Shown: piece after piece, positions 42,672 through 53,182 of the stretch | Position numbering within the stretch: position 1 is the first letter of the stretch | How the letters are laid out: each line of letters opens with the position of its first letter | Assembly (NCBI GenBank): GCA_965140785.1 | Contig: OZ223473.1 | Location: 3,591 to 67,590, forward strand | From: an uncultured Ruficoccus sp. | GTDB lineage: Bacteria; Verrucomicrobiota; Verrucomicrobiia; Opitutales; Cerasicoccaceae | Reading direction: 5' to 3' | DNA: 64,000 bases | Made by a program: the position numbers and the translations under genes | Notes under the pieces: model-generated | The model's database searches: none | Told to the model about the DNA's origin: nothing | What the model saw: the letters and a program-made list of their open reading frames with translations, nothing else

Positions 42672-42989
42672 ATGTGTCCGGTTAAAGCCATTCATCGCCT
42701 GCGAGTTATCGGGCTGATCGAGGGAGTTTCCTTCCTCGTGCTCCTGGGGATCGCCATGCCCCTGAAATATTTCGGTGGGATGCCCGAGGCGGTCAAGGTC
42801 GTGGGCTGGGCGCACGGGCTGCTTTTTATCGGGTTCGTCGCGCTGCTGCTGGTGGCGATGAATCTGGCCGACTGGAGCCTGCGGCGAGGGGCGATGTTCT
42901 TTATCGCCGCGCTGGTTCCCTGCGGGCCGTTTCTGGTGGACAAGCACCTGCGCCGCTATGCGCGGGAAGCCGGAACTGCTACTGAGTGA
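42672..42989 (+). CDS. DUF3817 membrane protein
   Basis: LRVIGLIEGVSFLVLLGIAMPLKY, GWAHG, AALVPCGPF. Confidence 0.85.
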   Translation: MCPVKAIHRLRVIGLIEGVSFLVLLGIAMPLKYFGGMPEAVKVVGWAHGLLFIGFVALLLVAMNLADWSLRRGAMFFIAALVPCGPFLVDKHLRRYAREAGTATE

Positions 42990-43225
42990 TCGCGGTTATA
43001 AATGCCGGTGTCATCCTGAGTAAGTCCGCGCAGCGGCGCAGCGAAGGTTCTCCATGTCCGGCCATCTCCATGCGTTCGCTCATATCGTACGCGGAAATCT
43101 TTCGATTCGCTTTGCCCGCTCAGGATGACAACCACTGAAGTTGCTGCCCGATCTTGCAAACACGCTCGAGCCGCCCCCCTTGTTTGGGCTTTCCACCGTT
43201 AGGGGAAAGTGTATAGCTGTGGGAT

Positions 43226-43813
43226 ATGCCCGAAAAAGAATCTCCCCAACCCACTGTTCTCAAATTCCTCGGACTGGACCCTGAAAAGTCGAAAAAATAC
43301 GCCGGCTGGATTAAATTCGAAGCCATCCTCTTTATCGTGCTGGGTGTGCTGGCTATTCTGCTGCCGGGTGTTTTCTCGCTCGGACTGAGCATCTTTCTGG
43401 GCTGGCTGTTTCTGTTCGGCGGCATCTTCGCCACCGTCAACGCCGTACAGGCCATGAAGTCCCAAGGCGCGTGGCTGCGGCTGGCCTCGGGTGTACTGAC
43501 CGCCCTCGCCGGTATCCTCATCATTGGCAAGCCGCTGGAGGGTGTGGTTGTGCTGACCATCATCGTGGCCACCTACTTCCTCATCGACGGGATTTTTAAA
43601 ATCATTTACGGCCTGCAGGCCAGCGGCTCCCCCGGCGCGGGCCTGGCCGTGGTCAACGGCATTTTCGGCCTGATCATCGCGGGCATCGTCTATGCGCAGT
43701 GGCCGACCTCGGCCGAGTGGTTCCTCGGACTGATCATCGGAATCAACCTGCTCATGGCGGGCATGTTCCTCCTGAGCTTCTCCGGCGGCATCCACAAACA
43801 CGCCTCCAAGTAG
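43226..43813 (+). CDS. HdeD/DUF308 family membrane protein
   Basis: Six TMs; GVLAILLP, WPTSAEWFLGLIIGINLL. Confidence 0.85.
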   Translation: MPEKESPQPTVLKFLGLDPEKSKKYAGWIKFEAILFIVLGVLAILLPGVFSLGLSIFLGWLFLFGGIFATVNAVQAMKSQGAWLRLASGVLTALAGILIIGKPLEGVVVLTIIVATYFLIDGIFKIIYGLQASGSPGAGLAVVNGIFGLIIAGIVYAQWPTSAEWFLGLIIGINLLMAGMFLLSFSGGIHKHASK

Positions 43814-43853
43814 GCGGGTTGCACCCGCTGGCACTCATGGGGCTCTGCCCCAT
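43810..43853 (+). repeat. GTAG-REP-like element overlapping a stop codon
   Basis: GTAG-GCGGG-TTGCA-CCCGC followed by ATGGGGC-TCT-GCCCCAT. Confidence 0.6.
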
Positions 43854-44160
43854 CGGAGCCAAAAGGCCCCTGCCCCAACCCTCTGCCATCTCCTTTCCCG
43901 ATCAAGTTTTGGGCAAATCGGGGTGGCATGCAGGGCTGAGTGCGACGAACATCAGCGGATGCGCGAGCGTACACGGCTATAACCTAATTTAATAGCTTCA
44001 GCCTGGCCTAGGTAGGCAATGCGCACAAAACCCTTAATCTTCAATGCCTTGCACGCTTCATGCGCCCATTTTACACGTTAAAGCTCCTGATATTCCGGGG
44101 GCTCACGAGGCCTTTTCCCGGCGTTGACGTCGGGGCTTCGAGCCCTCACGCTGGGTGGGA

Positions 44161-44649
44161 ATGAATTTTCTGCATTCGTACTGGCGCATGCCCTACATTG
44201 AAGTCCCCAAGTCGGAAAACGGGGGCCTTAATCCTTTTGTGTCGATCCCGCTGGAAGAGGATGACCGCAAGGTGCTGGTCGTCCTGCGTTCCGAATACGC
44301 CTATCTGGTGCTGAACAAATTCCCCTACAATGCGGGGCACCTGCTGGTGGTTCCCTACCGCGAAGTGAGCCGTCTGGATGAATTGACAGCGGAGGAAAAA
44401 GTGGATTTCTTCGACTGCATTATCAAGGGCCAGCAGATATTGGAACAGGCTATCCATCCCGATGGCTTCAACGTAGGCTTCAACCTCGGCAGCGCCGCTG
44501 GCGCCGGTATTCCCACGCATATCCATTGCCACATCGTTCCGCGCTGGAACGGCGACACCAATTTCATGCCCGTGCTGGGCGAAACCAAGGTTCTTCCCGA
44601 ATCGCTGGACGCCATGTGGCAGCGTCTGCGGCAATTCGTCACTGCATAA
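44161..44649 (+). CDS. HIT-family hydrolase
   Basis: LNKFPYNAGHLLVVP, HIHCHIVPRW. Confidence 0.92.
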   Translation: MNFLHSYWRMPYIEVPKSENGGLNPFVSIPLEEDDRKVLVVLRSEYAYLVLNKFPYNAGHLLVVPYREVSRLDELTAEEKVDFFDCIIKGQQILEQAIHPDGFNVGFNLGSAAGAGIPTHIHCHIVPRWNGDTNFMPVLGETKVLPESLDAMWQRLRQFVTA

Positions 44650-44723
44650 CGCGCGCCGTTCGTAGCGGCACCTCTACTGCTTCATTAATCCGAGAGAGAC
44701 TCACGCGCGCACGCTCTTCGTGT

Positions 44724-45695
44724 ATGGCCACTGAAACCCTCACCTTCCCGAGCCCCCGCCATCTGGCCCAGCTCTACTGCTCCAACGACGACAACCTCGT
44801 CAAGGCCGAACAGGCCCTGGACGTCACCCTCGTCTCCCGCGACGACTGGCTCAAGATCGAGGGCGACGAGTCCTCCGTGGCCGCCGCCACCGAGCTGTTT
44901 CAGTTGCTGGACAAGCTCCGCACCCAGGGCATCCAGATCGGGCGTTCGGACTTCGACAATATGCTCGCGGCCATCGCCCGGGGCGAAGCCGACGAGATGC
45001 GCGAGGTCTTCAATAATCCGCTGGTCATTCAACTGCGCAAAAAGAGCATCGTCCCCAAGACGATCAACCAAAAACGCTACCTGCAGTTCATCGGCAAGAA
45101 CGACATCGTCTTCGGGATCGGCCCGGCCGGGACCGGCAAGACCTACCTGGCCATGGCCGCCGCCCTCCAGGCCCTGCAGGAGAAAAAAGTCCAGAAGCTG
45201 ATCATCACCCGCCCCGCCGTCGAGGCCGGTGAGGCACTGGGCTTCCTGCCCGGCGACCTCAAGGAAAAGCTCCTGCCCTACCTGCGCCCGATCTACGACG
45301 CACTCAACGAGATGGTCGGCCCGGAGGAAACCGAGCGCATGGCCGAAAAGGGGCTCATCGAGATCGCCCCGCTGGCCTACATGCGCGGACGCACCCTTTC
45401 CAATGCCTATATCATCCTCGACGAGGCCCAGAATACCTCGCCCGAGCAGATGATGATGTTCCTTACGCGCCTGGGCGACAGCAGCCGGATGATTGTCACC
45501 GGCGACATCACCCAGGTGGACCTGCCGCGGGCCCAGCAGTCCGGGCTCAAGCAGGCCGTCGAGATCCTCGCTTCGATCGAGGGGATCAAACTCTTCTACT
45601 TCGACCATGCCGACGTGGTGCGCCACCCGTTGGTCAGCCGGATCATCCACGCCTACGAAAATCATCTGACTGACCGGTCGAAGAAGTCCAAGTAA
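44724..45695 (+). CDS. phoH: PhoH-family ATPase
   Basis: GPAGTGKTYLA, LGFLPGDL, LAYMRGRTL, ILDEAQN, DVVRHPLV. Confidence 0.95.
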   Translation: MATETLTFPSPRHLAQLYCSNDDNLVKAEQALDVTLVSRDDWLKIEGDESSVAAATELFQLLDKLRTQGIQIGRSDFDNMLAAIARGEADEMREVFNNPLVIQLRKKSIVPKTINQKRYLQFIGKNDIVFGIGPAGTGKTYLAMAAALQALQEKKVQKLIITRPAVEAGEALGFLPGDLKEKLLPYLRPIYDALNEMVGPEETERMAEKGLIEIAPLAYMRGRTLSNAYIILDEAQNTSPEQMMMFLTRLGDSSRMIVTGDITQVDLPRAQQSGLKQAVEILASIEGIKLFYFDHADVVRHPLVSRIIHAYENHLTDRSKKSK

Positions 45696-45740
45696 GAGGC
45701 CCGTTTCGCCGCTTGCCGGCACTCGCGCCTTAGCCGTGTT

Positions 45741-48161
45741 ATGGTATTTAAGAAAAAAACCAAGAAGGAACAGACTGTTGAAGCCCGGCGTCGCCGCCGC
45801 GATGAGGCCCGTCCGGCCAACGTCCGCGAAGCGATCGACACCAACCAATGGGTCGCCACCGGCCTCATGCTGGGCCTCACCCTTGCCATTGTGCTGATCT
45901 GTTTCATCGGGCGCTCGCCCGCCGGTCCCCGCGTCCTACCCGGCCAGACAGCCCGTATCCGCGTCACGGCGGAGATCCCGTTCTCCTATCAAAGCCAGCT
46001 CCAGACCAATCGGCTGATCGAGCAGCGCAAGCGCCAGATCGGCCCCTACTACCGGATCAACCCCGGCGTTTACGACAATTTCAGCAACAAGATCGACTTG
46101 CTCGAAACCGAGCTCAAGACCGATCTACTGCCCGAGCTTCAGGAACTTCCCGCCGACGACCGCAAGATCGCCATCGACGCCTTTAACCAGCAGTTCAACC
46201 AGCAGAACAGCCTCGGGATCAACACCGAGGACCTCGCCCTGCTGATCGAGCGCTGCACGCCCGAGCAGATCACCCGCTACCTCAACGAGGGCAAGCTCAT
46301 CCTCCGCGACATCCTGCGCGAGGGGATTTTTCAGGCCAACCAGTTGGAGCCGCCCACGGTGGACGGTGAGACCGTCTCCTCCTACGAGGTCTTCGGGCGC
46401 GCCCAGGGCACGCGCCTTCAGTCCGAGGAAGACGCCGTGCGCCTGCTGCGCATTAACCTGGCCGGTCTGGACGCTGACACGGGGCTCTCCCGCGCGCTCT
46501 TCCGCATTTTCCGCAAGGGCATCAAACCCAACCTCGAGTATGACGCCACCCGCACCGAGGAGCGCATCCAGGCCGCCGTGGCCAAGGTCAAGCCGGTTCA
46601 GGTCACCATCGAGACCGGTGACGTGCTGACCGAGCCGGGCACCCGCCTGACCCCCGAGCAGGTCGAGGCCCTGAGCGCCTACCGCCAGGCCCTGAGTAAG
46701 AGCGAGCGTATGATCTGGGGCTTCAACGCTACCCTGGCCCAGCAGACCGTCCTGACCTTTATCCTCATCCTGGCCGCCATGATCTATATCCAGGTGGCCA
46801 TGCCGGAGTTTCGCCGCTCCAACCGGCGCATTCTGCTGACTGCGCTGGTGCTGCTGATCAACTTGATCCTGATCCGCGTGGTCAACATGATCGGCGACCT
46901 CGACTTCCTCAGCCGCAGCCCGACGCTTCAGGCCACGGTCACCTTCCTGGCGCCGGTGGCTTTCGGCGGTATCGTGGTCTCCATGCTGATCGGGGCGCGC
47001 GCCGCCGTCATGATTTCGCTCCTGATCGCCACCCTCTACGGGATGATGGAGGGCAACTCGATGGAGGCGTTCCTGATCGCTCTGGTCTCCTCACTGACAG
47101 GCATCCACTACTGCCGGGACATCCGCCTGCGCGCCAAGGTCGTGAAGGCCGGGGCCATGGCCGGTGTCACAGTAGCGGTCAGCGCCCTGTTCTTCGGGCT
47201 ACTGGACGACTTGGGCACACGCACGCTGATTCAGCAGACAGTGACCTCATGCCTGGTCGGCGTCCTCACCGGCATGCTCGCCATCGGTGTATTGCCGCTG
47301 CTGGAGAATATTTTCAAGTTCACCACGGACATTACGCTGCTGGAGATGACGGACTTCAACCACCCGCTCCTGCGCCGGCTCCAGATCGAGGCCCCCGGCA
47401 CCTACCACCACAGCCTGATGGTGGCCAACCTCTCCGAGCGCGCCGCCCTGGAGATCGGGGCTAACCCGCTCCTGTGTCGGGCCACCTGCCTCTTTCACGA
47501 CATCGGCAAGATGGCCAAGCCCGAGTACTTCGTGGAGAACCAGCGCGAGGGCTACAACCCGCACGACGAGCGCAACCCCACCATGTCCGCGCTCATCATC
47601 AAGAACCACGTCAAGGAGGGCGTCGATATGGCCCGTGAGGCCAAACTCCCGTCCGTCTTCCTCGACATCATCCGTCAGCACCACGGCACGACGCTGATCA
47701 AGTTCTTTTATAACAAGGCACTCAATCAGAAGCAACAGCCCTCGCTGCCTCTCGGCGGGGGTAACACCACCCCCTCTACACCCGATCCGGGCGAAATCGA
47801 CGAGAGCAGCTTCCGCTATGACGGGCCGCGCCCGCGCACGAGGGAGTCGGCCATTGTCTTCTTCGCCGACGCGATCGAGGCAGCCTCGCGCAGCCTGAAA
47901 AAAGTCACGCCGCAGAATGTCGAGGACCTGGTGGACGCCATTATCTCCGAGCGCATCGAGGACGGCCAACTCGACGAGTCCCCCCTCACCATGCAGGAGA
48001 TCCGCCTCATCCGGGACAGCTTTGTCTTCACGATTCTGAATATGCTCCACAGCCGGGTCGAGTACCCGAAGATGGGCAAAAAGGACGGCTCCCGCCACCC
48101 CCAACCACCCATCCCTCCGCGCGATGCCAAGACTGATCCAGCTAAGTCAGCCTTCGTCTGA
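45741..48161 (+). CDS. 7TM-HD phosphohydrolase (PgpH-like)
   Basis: Extracytoplasmic domain, 7 TMs, APGTYHHSLMVANL, HDIGK, HHGTT, ADAIEAASRSL. Confidence 0.9.
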   Translation: MVFKKKTKKEQTVEARRRRRDEARPANVREAIDTNQWVATGLMLGLTLAIVLICFIGRSPAGPRVLPGQTARIRVTAEIPFSYQSQLQTNRLIEQRKRQIGPYYRINPGVYDNFSNKIDLLETELKTDLLPELQELPADDRKIAIDAFNQQFNQQNSLGINTEDLALLIERCTPEQITRYLNEGKLILRDILREGIFQANQLEPPTVDGETVSSYEVFGRAQGTRLQSEEDAVRLLRINLAGLDADTGLSRALFRIFRKGIKPNLEYDATRTEERIQAAVAKVKPVQVTIETGDVLTEPGTRLTPEQVEALSAYRQALSKSERMIWGFNATLAQQTVLTFILILAAMIYIQVAMPEFRRSNRRILLTALVLLINLILIRVVNMIGDLDFLSRSPTLQATVTFLAPVAFGGIVVSMLIGARAAVMISLLIATLYGMMEGNSMEAFLIALVSSLTGIHYCRDIRLRAKVVKAGAMAGVTVAVSALFFGLLDDLGTRTLIQQTVTSCLVGVLTGMLAIGVLPLLENIFKFTTDITLLEMTDFNHPLLRRLQIEAPGTYHHSLMVANLSERAALEIGANPLLCRATCLFHDIGKMAKPEYFVENQREGYNPHDERNPTMSALIIKNHVKEGVDMAREAKLPSVFLDIIRQHHGTTLIKFFYNKALNQKQQPSLPLGGGNTTPSTPDPGEIDESSFRYDGPRPRTRESAIVFFADAIEAASRSLKKVTPQNVEDLVDAIISERIEDGQLDESPLTMQEIRLIRDSFVFTILNMLHSRVEYPKMGKKDGSRHPQPPIPPRDAKTDPAKSAFV

Positions 48162-48588
48162 ACTGCTTGCCTACGACGAGGCGGCCGTGGCCGATCTCTT
48201 TCACCGCCTGGACCAGTGGCTGGACTACCGGCTCCCCGACGGTGAGGTATCGGTCGCCTTCCTCGAACACGCCGCCATGGCCGATGTCCATGGACGCTTC
48301 CTCGAAGATGACACCCCGACCGACGTGATCACCTTCCCGGGCGACCCGGAAATGGACTTCGCGGGCGAAATCTGCGTCGGAGCCGAGCAGGCCATGGAAA
48401 CCGCCCCCGGCCAGGGCAACACACTTTCGCAGGAAGTTACCCTCTATCTGGTACACGGCTGGCTACACCTGGCCGGTCTCGATGACCGCAGCGAACCCGA
48501 CCGGGCGCAAATGCGGCTTGCGGAAACGCAGGCGCTGGCTTACTTGGAAACTACCGGGGGGCTGCCGCAGTTCTCCCCGCTAGCTTGA
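48124..48588 (+). CDS. ybeY: rRNA maturation endonuclease YbeY
   Basis: PTDVITF, GEICV, HGWLHLAGLDD. Confidence 0.92.
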   Translation: MPRLIQLSQPSSELLAYDEAAVADLFHRLDQWLDYRLPDGEVSVAFLEHAAMADVHGRFLEDDTPTDVITFPGDPEMDFAGEICVGAEQAMETAPGQGNTLSQEVTLYLVHGWLHLAGLDDRSEPDRAQMRLAETQALAYLETTGGLPQFSPLA

Positions 48589-48596
48589 AACAACAC

Positions 48597-49307
48597 ATGT
48601 ACCGTCGTTTACGTAACGCTTTTATAGCCGGCCTGGTCCTGCTCGCTCCCCTCGGGGTCACTTACTTCGTGCTGGATTTCCTGCGCTCGAAGATCGGCTC
48701 CCGCGTCACTGCGATGATCCCCCAGAGCGCGCTCCCGCCGGATATCCGCCAACTGCCGATCGTGGACTTCACCCTGGATATGGCGGCGGTGATCATCGTG
48801 GTGCTGGCCATCACCCTGCTCGGCTTTTTCTCGAATTACTTTTTGGGCAAGGTGATGATCAAGGGCACCGAGCGGGTCATCGACCGGGTGCCGTTCATCA
48901 ACGCTGTGTACCGCACGGTCAAACAGATCGTGGAGACCTTCAGCAAGCAGCAGAAAGCGGTCTTCCAAAAGGTCGTGCTGACCGAATACCCGCGCAAGGG
49001 CGTGTATGTGCTGGGCTTTCTCACCAGCGAGGCCCGGGGCGAAGTGCAGGAAAAAACCGGCGCCGAAGTCGTTAATATTTTCGTTCCCACTACGCCGAAT
49101 CCGACCAGCGGCTTTCTGCTCATGGTCCCCAAGGACGAAGTCATCGAAATGCAGATGAGCATCTCCGACGGCATGAAGCTCATCGTCTCGGGTGGCGCGG
49201 TCAGCCCGCCCTATCCGGCAGCTCTGCCACCGGAGGGTAAAGAGGCAATCGCCCGCAGCCGCCGGGCCCGGCAGCAGGTCCCCCCCGCCCCAGAAAATGC
49301 CGGCTGA
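48597..49307 (+). CDS. DUF502 membrane protein
   Basis: FIAGLVLLAP, EYPRKG, FVPTTPNPTSGFL. Confidence 0.9.
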   Translation: MYRRLRNAFIAGLVLLAPLGVTYFVLDFLRSKIGSRVTAMIPQSALPPDIRQLPIVDFTLDMAAVIIVVLAITLLGFFSNYFLGKVMIKGTERVIDRVPFINAVYRTVKQIVETFSKQQKAVFQKVVLTEYPRKGVYVLGFLTSEARGEVQEKTGAEVVNIFVPTTPNPTSGFLLMVPKDEVIEMQMSISDGMKLIVSGGAVSPPYPAALPPEGKEAIARSRRARQQVPPAPENAG

Positions 49308-49908
49308 GGCGGTCCAACTGGAGGCGCTCGTCCTCGGACGCGAGCAAACCGGCGAGAACCACCTGCGCCTCTCCCTGCTGGAGCCCGAAATCGGCCGCCG
49401 GGAAGCCTTTTACCGGCAGACCCAGTCCGGCAAGGGCACGCCACCCGACCTTTTCGACCACGGGGAGTTTCATCTCGAAGCCGCCCGCAGCGGGCGGGCG
49501 TGGTTCGTGCGGGAGTTCCGCCTGAGGCGCCGCCTCAGCGGCATCAGCCGCCGCTACGCCAACCTCCAGGCCGCCGCCGAGTGGGCGCTGTTCCTGCGCC
49601 GCAACGCCGAGCATTGCCACGACCCCGAAAAGGTCTTCGACATCGCCCAAAAAACCTTCGCCGCCCTCGAGTCCTCGCCGCAGACCGAGGCCGTCCTGCT
49701 CAAGGGCTTCTTTCTGTTCTCCCGGCAGGAGGGCTGGCCCGTGCGCGAAGAGTGGCTGCGCAACCTGCCCGCCGCCGAACGCGACAGCGCCGTCCATATC
49801 CTGAACACCCCCCTGGAGGCGCTCGAATCCGAGCCCGAAGCGGCCCGCCAGCTGACCCGTGCGCTCAAGAATTGGCTCGCCGCTCGCGACGAGGTTCAGC
49901 TAGGGTAA
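49297..49908 (+). CDS. recO: RecO-like DNA repair protein
   Basis: EALVLGREQTGENHLRLSLL resembles the RecO N-terminal OB fold; phoH-ybeY neighbourhood; truncated relative to canonical RecO. Confidence 0.65.
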   Translation: MPAEAVQLEALVLGREQTGENHLRLSLLEPEIGRREAFYRQTQSGKGTPPDLFDHGEFHLEAARSGRAWFVREFRLRRRLSGISRRYANLQAAAEWALFLRRNAEHCHDPEKVFDIAQKTFAALESSPQTEAVLLKGFFLFSRQEGWPVREEWLRNLPAAERDSAVHILNTPLEALESEPEAARQLTRALKNWLAARDEVQLG

Positions 49909-49913
49909 AGGGC

Positions 49914-50774
49914 ATGCTGCTGCCGCCGTTGCGACTGTTTAATCCGGGCCTGAAAGTCCTTTTTCTGGCCGCTTTCGGATTAATCGTCCTGCTCCCGTTT
50001 GCTCTCCAGGCGCAGGACGACACCGGCGGAGACTCCCTCTCCTCGAAGCTGATCGAGCCCATCCCCGCCCAGACCGACGCCGGCTCGCTCAAGATCATCG
50101 AGTACCACCTCAAGGCCCTAGGCGGCTTGGAGGCGCTGGAGGCCATCCACGCCGTCCGCTACACCTGCCATGTGCGCAGGGCGCAGGTGGAGGAGGATCT
50201 CGTCCTGACTGAGATGGGCAACCCCTTCCGCTTTCACGTCAAAACGACCCGCAAAATCAAAGGCAAGGCCTTCGACACCTTCAAGGGCTACAATGGCGAG
50301 ATCCTTTGGAGCTACGATCCGAACGAAAAGCACGCCTTTCCCGAAACCCACGGCGGCCAGGAGCTTAAAGATGTTCAAAATGAGATTTTCCTCGACCCGT
50401 GCCTGAACTGGGAGGCCAACGGCTACACGTTCGAATACCTTGGGGAGGTTAAATCCAAGGGCAAAAAGCACTACCTCCTGAAAATGTACTTTCCCAGCGG
50501 GCGCACCGCATTTTTGTACTTCGAGGCCAAGACGCTCATGCTGACCCGTACCGGGATGGAGGTCGTTTTCGGCGGCACGATCGTCAGCCAGGACGTTTAC
50601 AACACCAGTTTCGAAAAAATACGCGGCGTGTGGTTTCCCATCGAACAGGAATACTACATCGACAAACAGAAACTCGGGGGCACCCAAATCAGCCTGATCG
50701 AGATAACCCCGGAGATCGAGCCCGGTCTCTTTGATATGCCCAAGGTCCGGGAGCACTGGCTGCGCCAGCAATGA
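49914..50774 (+). CDS. Secreted protein, LolA-like/outer-membrane lipoprotein-sorting fold (tentative)
   Basis: Signal peptide, HLKALGGLEAL motif, beta-rich body. Confidence 0.5.
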   Translation: MLLPPLRLFNPGLKVLFLAAFGLIVLLPFALQAQDDTGGDSLSSKLIEPIPAQTDAGSLKIIEYHLKALGGLEALEAIHAVRYTCHVRRAQVEEDLVLTEMGNPFRFHVKTTRKIKGKAFDTFKGYNGEILWSYDPNEKHAFPETHGGQELKDVQNEIFLDPCLNWEANGYTFEYLGEVKSKGKKHYLLKMYFPSGRTAFLYFEAKTLMLTRTGMEVVFGGTIVSQDVYNTSFEKIRGVWFPIEQEYYIDKQKLGGTQISLIEITPEIEPGLFDMPKVREHWLRQQ

Positions 50775-50802
50775 CGCACCCGGTAGAGAGTTTTCCACGG
50801 TC

Positions 50803-53154
50803 ATGATGGTGCATGAGGAAGACCGGCGCGCCAGCCTCGGCGTGTCCGAATTCGCCCAGTTCAGCCTCGGCCCCCGGGGCGGACGCTCCGGCGCGGGTGG
50901 CCTGTGGAGGATGCGCACCGGCCTGGCCTGGCACCAAAATATCCAGCAGGCGGACGAGGCGGCACGGCCCGGTGTCAGCTCCGAGATTCCCATCTCCGGT
51001 CTTTGGCAACAAGACGGCTGGACCCTGCACCTGCACGGCCGTATCGACCAAGTGGAGGAAACGTTGGAGGGCTGGACCCTCCGCGAGATCAAAACCCTCG
51101 AGCACCGCCTGCCCCAGCCCGCCGCCGACCTGCGCGCGCGCTACCCGGCCTACTTCTGCCAACTGGCCGCCTACATCCGGCTGGCCCGCGTACTGCCGGA
51201 GTTTCGCGGCCTGCCCGTCAAGGGCGAGCTGGTCTTCGTCGAAATCAGCGAGGGCCTGCGCCAAGTCATCCCGTTGACGGAGACTGACGAGACGGGCTTC
51301 GACCGGCAAGTGGACACCGTGTGCGCCTTTCTCAACGAGCGCCGCGATTCGGCCCAGCGTCGCCACTGCCTGTCCTTCATCCCGGCCTTCGAGACATTTC
51401 GGCCCGAGCAGATCCGCGCTCTGGACGAACTGAGCGAAAAAGCCGCCCGTGCCCGTACCATCCTGCTAGAGGCCCCGACCGGCTTCGGTAAGACCGGGCT
51501 CGTCCTCCAGCACGCGCTGGGACAGCTGCGCGACGGGCTCTTTGACAAGGTCATCTACTGCACCGGCAAATCCACCGGCCAGCTTCAGGTGGACCGGCAA
51601 CTACGCCGCATGGCCGGGAGCCCCGAGGAACTGCGCACGCTCGTCTTTCGCAACCGCTCCGAACACGCCATTGCCACCGCCCTGCACACCTGCGACGCCA
51701 CCGGCGGCTCCTGCAACGAAAACATCGAGGAGCTTTGGGCCCGCAGCGGCATCGTCCCCTGGCGCCTCTGGGAGGAGGGTCAGCCCGATCTGGAACGCGT
51801 CCGTCTGCTCGGGGCCGCCACCGGTGTGTGCCCGTACGAGATTTCTAAAAGCCTGCTGCCCCACGCCGACGTCTGGGTCGGCGACTACAACTACGTCTTC
51901 TCGCCCTGGCACCAGCAGGTATTTCTGGAGAGCACGGGGTTCGACCCGGCCCGCACCCTGCTCATCGTGGACGAGGCGCACAATCTCGCCTCCCGTGTCG
52001 CGGCGCTCTTTTCCTTCGGCGAAACGGCCGCCGGGGCTCAACACCTGCTTGGCACCCTGCGCTACCTGGACTGCTCGCCGCGCTTTCTTTCCCTGTGCGA
52101 ACAATGGGCCGACCTGCTCGAAAGCCTCCGCCCCCGCGACGCGCTCGATATGAGCACCGAGTACGAGATTGCCGACCTGTTGGAGCAGCTGGCCAAGGGG
52201 GTTTATAGCGAGCGCATGCCCTGGGACGACTTTCAGCCCGGCACCACCGAGACCCTTCACCGTCTGCCCCGCCTGCACGCCATCATGAGCAGCGAGGGGC
52301 TGGACCGGCTCGCCTGGTCGCCCAACCGGGGCGAGCTGCGCGTCTCCTGCCTGGATGCTGCCGGAGAAATCGCCGAGCGGCTGGAGAGCTTCGGCCAGAG
52401 CCTGCTCATGTCCGCCACACTCAGCCCGCTGGAAGATTTTTGTACCGAGACCGGTCTCGATGCCGACGCCGTCACGACCATCCGCGCCGGGGCTCCCTGG
52501 CGTGACGAAGCCTACCGCGTCGCCGTCGATGCCCGCGTCGATACCCGTCTCAACGCCCGCAGCCGCCACGCCGCCACCACCGCCTCGACCATCGATGCCT
52601 TCTGCGCCGCCGACGCGCGGCCTACCGCAGTCTTTTTCCCCAGCTACCAGTACGCCGAGACGATCCGCACCTACCTCTCGCAGCTCAACCCGCAGCTCGT
52701 CGTCGCCATGCAGCCGCGCGGGATCGACCTCAACGGGCAGCTCCACTTCATCGAGGAGAGCCTGCTGTGTGCGCATGCGGTTTTCTTCGTGCTCGGCAGC
52801 GGCTTCAGCGAGGGGATTGACGAACTGGGTGGGCGCATCGGCCAGGCCATGGTCGTCGGCCCTGCCCTCCCCGAAGTCAACGCCGAGCAAAAGGCCCGGC
52901 TGGCGCGCTTCGAACACCTGGGCCGCCCGGAGGCTTTCCGCCGCGTGTACCAGCTTCCAGCCATGCGCAAGATCAACCAGGCCCTGGGTCGCCTCGTGCG
53001 CGGCCCCGGCCAAAGCGCCCGCGTGCTGCTGCACTGCCGTCGCTTCGCCGACGCCTCCTACCAGCGCCTGCTCGACCCGGTCTTCCTACCCGAGGCCACC
53101 CTCTCCACCGACGCACAGTTGACCGACTGGCTCAGCGCCACCCCGGCGCGGTAG
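50803..53154 (+). CDS. Rad3/DinG-family Fe-S helicase with N-terminal PD-(D/E)XK (Cas4-like) nuclease domain
   Basis: GRIDQV...REIKT...QLAAY; APTGFGKT; Cys residues in HTC/GSC/VCPY; DEAHN; MSATL; FFPSY; NQALGRLVR. Confidence 0.85.
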   Translation: MMVHEEDRRASLGVSEFAQFSLGPRGGRSGAGGLWRMRTGLAWHQNIQQADEAARPGVSSEIPISGLWQQDGWTLHLHGRIDQVEETLEGWTLREIKTLEHRLPQPAADLRARYPAYFCQLAAYIRLARVLPEFRGLPVKGELVFVEISEGLRQVIPLTETDETGFDRQVDTVCAFLNERRDSAQRRHCLSFIPAFETFRPEQIRALDELSEKAARARTILLEAPTGFGKTGLVLQHALGQLRDGLFDKVIYCTGKSTGQLQVDRQLRRMAGSPEELRTLVFRNRSEHAIATALHTCDATGGSCNENIEELWARSGIVPWRLWEEGQPDLERVRLLGAATGVCPYEISKSLLPHADVWVGDYNYVFSPWHQQVFLESTGFDPARTLLIVDEAHNLASRVAALFSFGETAAGAQHLLGTLRYLDCSPRFLSLCEQWADLLESLRPRDALDMSTEYEIADLLEQLAKGVYSERMPWDDFQPGTTETLHRLPRLHAIMSSEGLDRLAWSPNRGELRVSCLDAAGEIAERLESFGQSLLMSATLSPLEDFCTETGLDADAVTTIRAGAPWRDEAYRVAVDARVDTRLNARSRHAATTASTIDAFCAADARPTAVFFPSYQYAETIRTYLSQLNPQLVVAMQPRGIDLNGQLHFIEESLLCAHAVFFVLGSGFSEGIDELGGRIGQAMVVGPALPEVNAEQKARLARFEHLGRPEAFRRVYQLPAMRKINQALGRLVRGPGQSARVLLHCRRFADASYQRLLDPVFLPEATLSTDAQLTDWLSATPAR

Positions 53155-53182
53155 TAGAGTTGAGCAATTAAAAGAAAAATGC

